From Dudresnaya verticillata (Eukaryota), in NCBI GenBank assembly GCA_977862235.1, contig OZ374559.1, forward strand, positions 2,170,001-2,234,000: 64,000 nt of DNA, read 5' to 3'. A program made the position numbers and the translations under genes. The notes beneath the pieces are model-generated. The model was not told the DNA's origin. It ran no database searches and saw only the letters and a program-made list of their open reading frames with translations. Positions 24,147 through 36,612 of the stretch are shown piece by piece (within the stretch, counting starts at the first letter, position 1; every line of letters begins with the position of its first letter).

Positions 24147-26875
24147 ATACGCCCTTCCGAGAGCAGCCGACAAATGTCCTGCGAAATCGAGCGGGCTCTG
24201 CGTCGTGTCGGGCCGAGGACAAGCGCCGGGTGAGCTGTTATCTGTTTTTTGACACTGAACTGTACTACACTGCCCAGTACCCAGTTTTGGACTATTGCAA
24301 CTGAAATGGTATGGATATCTGCCCCCTGCAAGCGGCAAGCAGCAAGCGGGTATTCGCAGCGGTGTGTTCCGCACAAAGCAACACTTTCAACTAAATGCTG
24401 GTCTACTGTGAGTATAGTAGAGAAGGACAGGCTCCGCCATCCAAGCATACTGAAAAGGCGTTAAACGCAGAGAGAAATCTCGAGGGGAATGGATTCATGC
24501 CCCGATAACTGACAGACGGGAAGTCACAGTAATGACCCAGAGAAACGCTTAACCAAGAAGCCTGAGCTAGAGGAGAAAGTCATAACACTGGTACTCTAAC
24601 CTTGCTTTCACAGAACGCACTATCCCTGATTCAGCGCTGACATGGGACTTCATTCCGAATTCATGGTCATGCAGAGCTACATTGAGACAGTGTTTGAATA
24701 TGGAGCCCAACGCATTGCTTCTAGTATTGGCCAATGGAAATGGGCTTCCCCTTTGGCTGAAAATTTTCACATCAGCAACAGTCCCAGTCGCTCAACAGAA
24801 GTATGCATCTTATCGTTGTCACTCTAAAGGCTCGGCTTTACTCCAGACAGGATGGTTGTTGGAAATGCCGAGCTCAACAGTGATGGAAATCTTTACTCAA
24901 AACTTTTAAGGTGAGCTGACGCGGGGTGGGCGAGATGACCCATCTTCGAGATGCGTGGTCAGAACTTTGACATATTTTCGGCAGGCGCGGTGCGGCTCCA
25001 AAGAGCGAATACCAATCGCAATCCGTATCCTGTGCCACGTGTTGAAAAATTATTTGCACCTGAGCTTAGAATGATTCACCCCTCAGCCAATCGCGAGGCA
25101 ACATCACAGGTCCATTTGGCATCATCGCAGCCACTAACCTTCTTGCTGCAGTTGGGTACAGGTGACGCTGTTTCAGGACGTTTTGTCGGCAGCAGCAGAC
25201 CTTCACGGTGGCACAGGAGGAGGAACGCTGAACAGTCCGCTCAGGGAGTACAGCTATACTTTTGGCAGAGCTGCTTCGATTGAGCCTGTATAACCTTCCC
25301 CTTCCGAACATGTTGACGACAGTTATATAGCCCACCGGTAAAAGCGGGTAACGTCCAGCTTTTCCGGTATAGCATCCAGAACAGAGTCGGGTTTATGTAC
25401 AGCCTTCGCAAACTCTTCTTCTCGGATGACGATGACAGCATAGTTAAAGGTGCTGTTAATGGTTAATAGTATTTTAATAATTGTTCAGAGCAATCCCGTC
25501 CAGACAATTGCGGGTCATATTCAGGCTCATTTGGTGGTAACTTACCATGGCTGGGAGAGGCGAGACCTGACTCGGCTTGGCTCCGTAAAAGCTCAGGCTA
25601 CACAGGCGTAAACATCCAATGCCAAGCTCAGGGATGAGCGTATTCCACTGCACCAAGATCTTATTGGTGGAGAGTACAGCATCCATAGCAGAGAAAGGCG
25701 GATTGGCGTACGACAGCTCTTGTCGATTCGAAACTCGAACTGTGGTGCAACACCCGAAAACAAGGGCTGCCTTGACGGTGTCCGAAGCGGTCTCCCGCGG
25801 GTGCTAGCAGGCCGCGGCGGTGAAGCCGTGGCCACGTATGTTAGAGCGAGGTGTGCCTCGATGACCCGACGCGATGACGGGTCGACTGTAAAACCCCGAA
25901 GCGCGTTGTAGTGCGCGTGAGACCCGGATGACACGAAGGCGGTCACGCCGGCGAATGATGCCTACAGAAGGCGCTGGAACGGATTTCGTGGCCCGGTTCG
26001 CTAGCGGTGGTTTAACCGGGTGCGAAGGCGGGGTATCCTCAAGCTCCTAGGCTTGCTTGGCGCTTCATTGTCAAGGGGGTTCACCCCGTATACTAAGTAG
26101 CCCTCGCGGGAGGTGCGCGCGTGTGTATGGCGCCGTGCGCCTGACACTTGGCATCCGCGCGCACCGCGAGCTGACTAAAATATCGAGCAAAATATCTAGC
26201 GTAGAAAAACTACTATCCCACTGTAAACCAGTGTAAACTAAGGGTGCGCATTGCTGGCGCGCACCCGAGCGAGGATTCCCTGGGATATATTCGGCGCGCG
26301 TGTGGCGCGTATACACGTGGATGCGTGTCACCCGTGCGTGTGGTGGCGCGTACTGTACGGGCGCGCGCGCACCGTGCCAAGGGCGCGTTACCCATTGGCC
26401 GGATCTCGCGCGCGCGGCATACGCACACAGGCCCATTCAACCCGCTGGTTATCGGCGTATGCTCCGTCCGCGGTTGATCCGCGTGTGCCCTCGTCTGCTC
26501 ACTCCGCGAGCGGGTGTAGCAATATATAAAACGCGGCTTACCCCCGGGGTCTTTCACCATACGAACCACTGCAGAGCCGACTGCAGATCTCCTGAACGCG
26601 CTCGAGCAATAGAAGGATGAGGTAATCCCGGGCCGGGACTGGAGAGAACAACAATTGCTTTGTTTCGGTCCTCATTAAAGGTTATCTTCTTGATTCATAG
26701 TTGGCTGCTTCTTGTTGTTGCTTTCGGTACAAAATTCCGATCAAAATGACGTCTTGAGGCCCCGGTAGCACCTTCGGCCGACACCCACCTGCACCGCCCA
26801 GCCGTAGCTTCCATGAAAATAGCATTCCCCTGGCGTCATACATATACCGTTTCATGCCTCTATCATTAACACAAT
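24147..26875. repeat. Copy A of a dispersed repeat of about 2 kb, interrupted by a solo LTR
   Basis: Aligns colinearly by eye with 36613-38806, from atacgcccttccgagagcagccgac to cctctatca. Confidence 0.9.
25741..26561. mobile_element. Solo LTR, 821 bp, with 5-bp TSD CGAAC
   Basis: Ends TGTGGTG...CACCATA; CGAAC at 25736-25740 and 26562-26566; absent from repeat copy B. Confidence 0.85.
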
Positions 26876-28897
26876 CTCTCCGCCTCTATCTCCATCCCCC
26901 CTCCGACACGCCACGTTCGAAATCCCCGCCACTCGAGCATCCCCACGTGGTCTTTGGCTTGGAGGTGTTATCGCCACCACCTGCCCAGACCAACTTGCTA
27001 CACCCCGCGACTGTGGCCCAACGTGTATTCATGCCTTTCTGGCAGGACTCGCTGTAAGAGATAACCTGCAAGCGCCCTGTAAGTCACTATCATTGCTGGC
27101 CGATGCCAAGATATGATGTTTTATTGGCGTGCGGCGCAGATTGATTCGCGCCTCTAGCGCGCGTCGAGGTCGCGCTCATTGGTGCGCCGACGGGATAGTT
27201 CCCGATTGTACGCTGCCACAGGGTCATCTACCCGCCTCCTTTTGCTCTCTGTAATTAGTGTACAGTGTTCAGTAGTAGCTAATCTTAGCACGGGCACGAG
27301 CGCTATTTATTGGCGCCATGAATAGCAGGGCACCCCTGATTGAACCCCACGGGGCGTTTCTCGGTCTTGACCGTTTTCTGGTGCCGGGCCCTTCCTGTTC
27401 CCCCTTTCTGGGCTCCAACTACAGTACAGGCTCGTCACCGTACGGCAGGTTCCCTGAGGAATACCGGGTCGAGTCCACCGTTTTCTTCCCGTAAGGGGAA
27501 AATTTCCCCTGGCCTAGTGCCATCCTCTTAGCCTCTACCACACACGAGCTGCCCTTGGGTACGACGGTTCCGAACAGGTATCCTTTGTTCTCTTTGTCTT
27601 TTCTGGCCTCGATCCGTGGTACTGCATTGGTCTACCGGCCTAGAATCGATCTGAGTTGGTTTCCCTTTCTTCCTCAACTCTGGTTTGCTAATGTGACGAG
27701 TACAGGACTCAAGATGTTGTTTCGTGTTCAAGAGGAGTTTCCCGCCCAACCGGTTTTGAAACCCTAGTCAGGATTGTTGACGTTTCCTACGATCCATACC
27801 AAGCTACCGAGTAGCACCAAATAGGTGGCGAGCACGCTTATGCTTTTGGTTAACACCGGCCCTTGTGGCCATTTATAAGTTTTTGTTGAGGGCATGACTG
27901 ACGCCCCCCTCAAGACTGCTTCGACAGCTTCTCGGTGCTTCTTGTTAAAACCTGTGTGTATAGGTCGCGCCAGCGTACCAGTTGGTAGAGTCCCATTGGA
28001 GAAATCGTTGGTATCCATGGAGTGTACCAAGGCTTACGAACGAGCACCGTGCTCAAGCTGAAAATGATTCCCCTTGGAAGCATCGTCTCGTGCGAGAAAC
28101 ACGTATGCAACTCCGCTTGACGCATTGGGAAAACGTTCCCTCGATCCGCCGGGCCTTCCAATAATATTACCTTTTCTTGCGACGGGTTATTTGCCCCACA
28201 ACCTCGGAAAGATGCCGACATCGAACTGCGATACATCCAGGCCGAACCTTATCGACAGTGGTAGCAGTCGTGCTGGAAGTATTTCCTCCGTCCGTATTTC
28301 GGGCGTTACCACCCGTTCGTGTCCGCTGCGCTTACGCGCAGTCCGTCGGAGTGACTATTAGGGCAGCATCGTGTAGATGACGCCGCCCCAAATCATGACG
28401 GTTCTGGACCGAGTCTGGCACGTGGACGCTCCCCGCAAGGTGGAAGTTCAAGTGTAGACCTCTTACACGGGGCCATTCCCAGTTATAAGCCGAACGATGG
28501 AAGGGATTCTGCCCTAATAGAAGAAGGAATGACCCGGTCAGAGCCGCAAGCATCCACACAAGTAGACGCGAATGAGGACCAGGGTCCTGAATTGATGCCG
28601 GAATCGGGACGACTCCCCAGTGGAAGATCGATCGATTACGCAGCACCGACCTGAGAAAATACGGCGCCCGATTATGTACATCCGACCCGAATGAATGCTA
28701 ATTCGGAGTATATCTGGTGTTTCACGGAATCGGAGATCCCACCAGATGGTCGCTGATGGTGTTGGTCACCTTGTTCCCACCCAGACCAGGCCACTTGCCA
28801 CAGCGCAAGCTGATGAACGCTCACGCGCGTGAAAAGCTATATTGATGAGTCAGCCGGTCGCCGGGATGAGTGAATTCTGACCCTGTGTCAAGAGGAA

Positions 28898-30570
28898 ATG
28901 ATCACCCGGATCCGCCACTCCGATACAGGAAGGAGGATGGCGGATGAGATGGAGTCGCTAGATGCGAGAGCTGAGTCGCTCGTAGAGCGGGTGGAAACCA
29001 TCCATAAGTATTTCGAGACCCTCACTCGAGTGGTGGCCCTTTCGCGAGAAGAAGCGTTGGGCGCGAATGAAGACCTTCGTCTCAACGGAAGTGACGCCAA
29101 ATGCGTAGAACAGGACCGAGCAATTGCGCTCTTGAAGGAGGAACTGGCCAAGGAACGGCGTCTACTCAACTTAATCGAGAGCTGTCTCCAGTTATGTCTT
29201 CTCGAAAAGGACCTAGCTCCTGAGATGACACGCCACAAGAGTCCGGTACCCAAAGGGACTCGGGACCTACGGCGTTATTCACCTAGGCGAGACTCGGATG
29301 CGGAATCGGTACATGGGTCATTCGGATGTCGACGACCCGCGCACACCGTATTCAGGTGGCATATCATACCGTAATGACCAAAGGACTGGTTCCCGTCGAC
29401 ACCGTGGAGAGCCACGTCGGTCGGTCCAGCGGCGTCAGCCGCAGTTTTCCGAAAAGGATAGTTCCCCACCAAAGAGTTCATCTCGTCCATCTTGACGAGA
29501 ACCGCGACGCTCGGACGATGTAAGGAAGTACCTTTTAGGTCTCTTGTGAACTCAAAGAGTGCACTCCATTGATCAATGAGAAAGCCACAGAGCGGGTACC
29601 TGGTAGCGGTGGTAGAGCGGGAGGAACCCAGAGGGTAGACGAGGGCATGTAACCTGATTGGAAGCATGATACTGAAGGTGGTTCACTGGGCGGGAGGTTA
29701 ACCGGGCACGGGTGACAAGTGTGCTGCGGTACCGATAGCTTGGAGACGTAGGTGGGGCCGGAAGGTGCTTACCTTTATTGTACAGTGACCGCTACGGGAG
29801 ATATTCTTATATGGCACTCCGACTTTCAAACAGTACCTCTGATACTGGGCTATATATATGCCCCTATCCTAAGCTATAATTTCTAAAATACATAGACAGA
29901 TACTAAGCTACTGACCTACAGGATGACACTTGGACCAAGCATAGGCTACCCGTCTTGTCCCTGCTGGCGCCCTATAGGTAACGCTATTTCAGCGCATACA
30001 CGCGGGCAGAGGTCCCACTTCTGTAAGCCATTCACTGTATTACAGACGTTAATGAGCTCGTTCCTCAGAACTCAGCTTTCATTCAGGTTCTCTCTCATCG
30101 ACGCTATCCTCTGTTGAACGTAGACGAGTACAGGGGTCCAGAAGTTACCGAAGATACGTAGAAAAAATATCAAGATGATCAAGTCCGTGGCGAAGAGTCG
30201 GAAGTTCCACGGAAGTGATGCCGTTGCGATTCCTGGCTTCTTAGCCGCGTTCAAGCGACAACTGGACCAAGCCAGGGTGAGAGAAGGGTCGGCAATTCTC
30301 GTGCTCCCCGAAGTCTTAGATAAGGATGCAGGAGATATTTTCAAAGCCAACTTCTTCGTGGCAAGAGATGATAATGGAAGATTCTTCGAGTGGCCTGAAG
30401 CCGTAAATTATCTCCTACGCACACATGCGAAGAATGTGTACATCGAGAAGATAGCCTCGGAAATGGAACGTATGGTGCAAGCCGAGGATGAGGAGGAAGT
30501 GACCTTCTCACGAGGTCTCCTGAATAAGGCGGGAAAGGTCGCGGGTGTCTACTCCGAACAGTGCAACTGA
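28898..30570 (+). pseudogene. gag: Gypsy-type gag remnant interrupted by a solo LTR
   Basis: Coiled-coil N-terminal part, then VLSHRRYPLLN, FHGSDAVAIPGFLAAFK, WPEAVNYLLRTHA and QAEDEEE (retrotransposon gag-like). No pol follows. Confidence 0.65.
29519..30044. mobile_element. Solo LTR, 526 bp
   Basis: TGTAA...TTACA ends, flanks GACGA/GACGT (one mismatch), internal TATATATA; sits inside the gag remnant. Confidence 0.7.
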
Positions 30571-33250
30571 AACTGGAAGTAATATGTACAAGTGATGTTC
30601 ATAGCATCCGCAAGTATCCAAGACGGATGCGTTGGTATGCTAAAGGCGCAACGAAGTTGATGACGTGGAGTGTGGTGTGAACTGCGCCCGAACGTGATGA
30701 AGGGAGGGAGTAAGGGGCCCTGTTGTGGTCGAGAAAGGTATTACAACAGGTTGGGAAGTGGTTTGCCAAGGGCTTTGTGGCTAGTGAGTATTAAGGAGAC
30801 TCTCCAAGTATAAATCGGGATTGTCATTTAGCTAGATAGTATAGTAGCCATACCTAGAAATTCGAAGCCCACGTGCGCCATAGTAAGAGCCCGGAGCAAC
30901 CCCGGCCAAACATGATTTCTCCGATATGTGCATTTCTCCGTAGCCCACCCCAGACCGGGATACCCAGCGACTAGCGGCAACCGTAGTATCCGCCAGCAAT
31001 GCAATGAGCTGCCTTCCACGAGAGCAACCGTGGCATACGTGGTCTCCCTGGCACGGTCCTGTCCGGACCGGTCCGGGTCGGAGACAGTCCGCTTCAGCCA
31101 GAAAGGGCACTCTAAACTGTAATACTTTTCTGTAAGATAAGCTTTACACTACCACTGTGACGCAGAGCCCTCCAGAGCCCACCAGAGTCGCCCTTTTGTA
31201 CCGAAAGGGTACACTAGCTGTCCAAGTTTTACTTGGACAACAAAAAGGTTTCATTTCCAGCTTACGTAGGCATACAATGCTTGTCTCTCCTTCGTTGCCA
31301 TGTACCTTGCCAAGTTGTTCATAGACGGCCTGTTTTCGCATGTAACGCTCCTGTACCTACTTGCGCAGTTATATCTACTCTACTGGAAACCACTTGCTGT
31401 AGAGTCTTCTCTACGGTGCTGAACGTGCCCTACTCGTCGCGACGCGCAGCGCGCGCGTGGTGCACGAGGCCATGTACAGTATTTGTCTTTTCTAATACGG
31501 AATAAAATATCTACATGCTCCGTGTACGTGCATTACGTGCACCTGCAATCGATTTATCGAAGGAATACTACTTGCAGTGAACTGCCCTGCATTACCGGCT
31601 CCTGGCGATCCGCTGGCACCTGGGGTCCTTCCCCATCCCCCACGCACGGCCATCCACAGCTACTGCCACTCACCTTCGTACGGCGCTGGCGCTCTACTGC
31701 CTGTCAGACCCAAACCCTGCCCCCCAAGCTCTCACCACCGTTAGCCTCGCCATCAACGCGATCCGCCGCATTGGCTACGTTATGCCACATCCCCCGATGC
31801 CGGGTTAGCCATATAGACATTCTAACGTAGAACGTAGTGTGTTGGCTCATAGACCTTTGCAGCCGAAGCCGACGCACTCTAAATCCTGTCCTGTAAAGTT
31901 TATCATCACTGCATTGAAGAAGTAAATGATGGTTTGAGTTCCCGGCACCGCAGCCCTATTTAAGCGAAACTACGCGCTTGCTGCGGCGCAACTCCATCCG
32001 ACGCGTTGGATCCTGTCGTAAAGTAGCCAGAAAATAGGTTTGTTGCTTATTCATATTGCTGCAACGGTCGATCGCGATGCTTCTTACAGCAAAATAGGCC
32101 TTTTTTTTACCACTACTGACCTTTTGTTGCCGATGCCGGTGCTCTCAAAACCGTCCTATAAAGTTTAATATCACTACTGACCTTGTACGGTGCTTTTTTG
32201 CAGGACTACGGAACGATTCTTGATATGCTGTGGATACCGGAAAGAACAGAGAGGTCCGAAAGAGTTAGAACAAATCCCGTTCGAGTCAACCTCTTGATAG
32301 TTGCCGCAACAGCGACCGCGAAAGTTGAAGTTTGACCCCAGGCGCAGCTGGCAAACATGGTGTTGGAAACCCTTCGCGGCACGAATAAAGACAAACTATA
32401 TCAGGTTGTGCTGCATAAACTATACAATTCCCCATAAACGTCTCCATTCTCTATTCTATGAGCTCTCTATTACGCGACTGGTTAAAGTGAAGGAGCAATT
32501 TTATGATAATCCTTCTGATGTGAGTATTTGCAGGTCAGAAGGGCTCAAGAGTGTGATGGACAGAAGCAAAGGTCCGAAGGCCGACTAGAAAATGAGCTGT
32601 TTTCGTAAGAAGAAACGGGACCTGCGGAAACTAGTTGCGCAGGCAAATGAAGCTATGGTCTCGATAATATTTGACATGTCGAAAAGAACTGAATGCACAG
32701 TCCTTCACGAGCGATGAGTGTAACCAATTCTACAAAAGCAGCTTCAGTAACACTGTAGAAATTTGAAATCAACTTTTTGGGTGAAACATCACCTTAACCA
32801 AGGCGTAAAGGGGGTCCCATAAGGGGATGGGACTACAAGGAAGGATTGGGGGCGCTGATAAGAAGCTGACGGTTCACAGTAAGCCCGAAATATTGAAAAA
32901 CAAACGAAACTAGACGAGTGAGAAGGGAATTCTTCTCGACAAGCGGATTCGAGCCTTTCTTGTCTGCGATAAAGTTCGCAAGTGTTTGCAGTCCAGAATA
33001 AAAGCTGATTCCAACTCGACCTTAGATATCCATTACTAGCGGATGAAGGGTGATTCCATGAACACGACAAAGATCACAATAGATACTTGTTGGGCGATGC
33101 AGGAGAATGTTTCAAAGCAAACGTTTAAAGTCTCAATCGCTCTACCAGTTGAAACGACTAACTAAATGCAAAGAGTAATCCTACAGTACAGTGGCGTACT
33201 GATTAATGAAATGGACGCGGATGAGACAAGATCGAATTCTTAAGATCATA

Positions 33251-33609
33251 CTAATGACAATCATTATTGTGGTGCTGGCAGAAACTAGAGCTCTGGTACC
33301 AAGGAAGGCAACAGATCGGATAGCATGACTGGGCCAGAGTACCAATGCCTGCAAGGTGAACATGAATAGTACAACACATTTCAGAAGGTCAGCAACGGGG
33401 AGAGGCACGTTACGATCGTTCTCTAGGTCTTTCTGATGTTTCTTCTGCGCTAACTTACATGGATTATAATCGCCAAACAGGTCAACAAGGGTCCAATCTT
33501 GCCTCACGATAGTGTTTCCGTTGCCAAGCTTGCGGTGCTTCTCCACAATGGCAGCGGAAGAGTGACCACAGAAGATGATAGAGAAGGCGATGAAAATGAT
33601 GAACTTCAT
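33251..33609 (-). CDS. Two-exon small secreted Cys-rich peptide, 82 aa (exons 33609-33459 and 33348-33251)
   Basis: Signal peptide MKFIIFIAFSIIFCGHSSA. 110-nt intron GTAAGT...GCTGAC...TTGCAG. Splicing restores a TGC codon and gives CIGTLAQSCYPICCLPWYQSSSFCQHHNNDCH-stop. TATTTAA lies about 110 nt upstream. Confidence 0.8.
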
Positions 33610-36600
33610 GGTTGTTCTTGAGTGCAAACGAAATGACTTGGAAGAAAAGTCTCTAGATGTTGGTTGATTTTGGTGTGAGGATAGGTTTCGAACAATAGCA
33701 GGCAGTCGGAAAGCGCTTAAATACTGCCCGACCGGATGGAAATCGCTTTTCATTCTACATAGTCGGAAACTATGAACCCATCAGCAAAAGAAGCCCAAAT
33801 GCATCATAGGACTCGAAACTAGCACTGAAGAATTCCTTCGGAATGCATCACTGAATGCACGGAAATCAGTGTCATAAAATGGGAGGGGGCCGCAAGTCAC
33901 CTTGTAGAAGTCCCTTCCTTGAGCTACGAATGAAACTTACTGAAAGGGCAAGCATGTCGTCTCTCTTCCATGACAAAAGAAAGTGATACAGGTAGCAACG
34001 GAGCAATTTCGAAGTAGATTTGATACGAAGAGATTAGGGCAAGAAAGTATTCTAGGCGTTTGAATGTTGTTGTACGTATAGCGAAAGCCTGTTTTTGATG
34101 AAGAAGTTGGTAAGAAATTCTTTTACATCCAAAGCAAAAGCATGTATTAAAAGAAGGCTTTCCTATTTATCACCTTGTACCTATGGTTACACGTTCTTGT
34201 TGCAAGCTTTCTCCTACGGTGAGGAAGCCTTGCGATAGAGAACTATTGCGCAAGGATGGATGAAAATTATACTATCGACCCCGCACATTTTGCCGAACAG
34301 CTCGTGTTCGATGTAATAACATCTGTTTCCGCCTCCGTCAGCAGATGCTTGGACAATCCAGACAAGGAGAAAACTGCAACTGACTTACTTTTACAGAAAG
34401 CAATCCTGCAAGACGAGGATAGGATCTGTCTGGTAGGGAAAGGTGGAAAACGTGTTATCATCAGAGGTTGTTGTGAGAGTGTATCCGAACAAAATACAAA
34501 GTGCGATGGAGCCACAATACATATTCGCGGGGCTAGGCATCGATGCTGGTCGACAGGTAAAGAAAACTGGAAAGCTGGATGAGAGAGTTTCACTAAGGCC
34601 TTGAAATCGACATGTCGTCGATGAAATGGAGGACCTGTATGTATCGATAATGGGACTGCATGTAAATATCATTGGGACACGTTTAGACCTCGATCAGCCT
34701 CTCATATCTGCAGTCGACCTACAGGCAGTGCATTCGATCTATGCGCTAGGAGGTTAACAACAAGTCTTCTCACGATACATGGCCATTACAACGGGAAGAA
34801 GATTTCAGATATCGGTCACCGAGACTGTTGCCCGTCTGCAATCCGCCGTCTTATTTACGCATATTCCACTGCCAAAGCCCAGAGGTGCATGATACATTCT
34901 CAAACCCCACACTCTACTTACATGCCGATGTCAAGCTTCTATGACACCCAACGGGACAGCAAGTCAACATCGGATCAGTCGTATTGGGTGTGGATTGGGG
35001 TTACAATATTCATTGTTACACCGTTGCATGAGCAATTGCGTGGGAAATGGCGATACTTCTTCTCGATCTTTCGAATTTGCCCTTATGGGGTTTCAGTTTG
35101 ACATTGTGTAATTTTCCACATCATCATCATCGTCTTGACTTGGTGTCGATGCCAGCAGCAAAATTGTGGTCTGTAGCAGTTGCGAATTGCAGGGTTTTCT
35201 TATCTGATTGACGGTCGTTGCTCCAGGTGTGCCCTTGTGCATTGCTTCCAAATGCCATACGGGTTTGCTGTGGAAGCGACCCCACTGGGATTCCAGGAAA
35301 CCCTTTACGTTCGCCATGCGCAAGATCGATCGCAAAAAAATGGTTGGGAAGGTGAGCTGCTGTTAGTTCCCCGAGTGCTTCGTGAAGTCCGCTCTAAACT
35401 ACAAAGTAAAATTCCGCTTCTCTCTTGTACGACCCATCTTGAGTCTGCTGATCTACCCAAACCCAACTCCTACCTCCCTCTCACGTGCAAGCCAGGCAAT
35501 TCAATAAATCCGTCGCAATGGACTGCAACGTACTATATCCTCCGACACCCCCCGCACAGATCATTTGGTCCAGTTCTAGATACGTAGTGTGTTTGCCAAT
35601 AGGCCGTTAATGCCGAGGCCAGTACACTCTAAATCGTGTTCAGTATTCTTTATCATCACTTCTCTCTTGTCGGCAGACAAAGCTGAAGCTGCTGCTATTC
35701 TCATAGCATTTTCTCTGCTGTATATGTTTATTCGCAGTTGCACAAACGCAAGCAACGAACTATGTGGTAGAGCAATCCCTTTCTCTCCATCACGATTTCA
35801 TCTGTTTTATCCTTTATCGTTTAAAAGTGCGTATGCTTAAGCTTAAGCCTCGTGAGCCTAGGAGCAGAGAATAAATTCGGCATTCAATGGGTGTTTGCGT
35901 AGTCGGCTCTAGTGTTAGTTCTGCCTATTGGTTGGGGTGTAGTGTCAGTCATGATAGGTACGCATGCGTTGAACGGCAGTATTCCAATCTCCTGTATATT
36001 GTCGCTAATCTCTTGCACCTGACTTGCCGTGATCATATATCTCACCGGAGTAGTTGCAATCGAGTAGGATGTGGCATCTCTGGCGGCCGACAGTTTCGGC
36101 CGACAGAAACCGCCGCAGGGAGGTATTGGAAAGGTGCCAGAGGGCCAGTGTCTCACAGAAGTGCTCCTGGCAACATATCCGCGACTCCAGCAAGCAAGGC
36201 AAGACACTAGCGCTTGTTCGATCATCGACGTCCTCTTTCCTCCGTCGCGGTGCGGGCTGCTGCCGCTCCAAGCAAACGCTCCAAGCGTGCCGCAGCTGCG
36301 CAGTACTCCTGAATCCATACTACGTTCTCATTGGGTGCTCCTCTCGCGAGGCATACAGCTCAGCAAACCCTCCCCGCCACATTTTCGGCGGCTTTTAGAT
36401 CTCGCAACCACAACTGCACACGCAACTCGCAACGCCTCTACACCTCCCCCGCTCGACCCCGACACCGGCAAACTCCTCTCCCTCCTTCCGATCATCGCCC
36501 CGCGACACACTGTTTCGCACCCCACGCAAAAATCAACCTGCAATCGTCTGCCTGCGACAGCAGCCGCCGCCCGCGAGGTCTCAGGACATCTGTCGGCGGC

Positions 36601-36612
36601 TTCTCGGTAGGG

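Noticed and set aside
27053..27317. 5' LTR and PBS for the gag remnant
   Set aside because: A TG start and TGGCGCC are present, but there is no clear CA end, second copy or TSD.
30560..31400. LTR-like segment with a TATA motif truncating gag
   Set aside because: No matching termini or TSD could be defined.
33181..33753. 190-aa ORF-track protein
   Set aside because: Better explained as read-through of an intron in the 82-aa spliced gene.
34256..34760. Possible ATPase remnant (VVDEMEDLY, Walker B-like)
   Set aside because: Single short motif, no Walker A found and frames broken.
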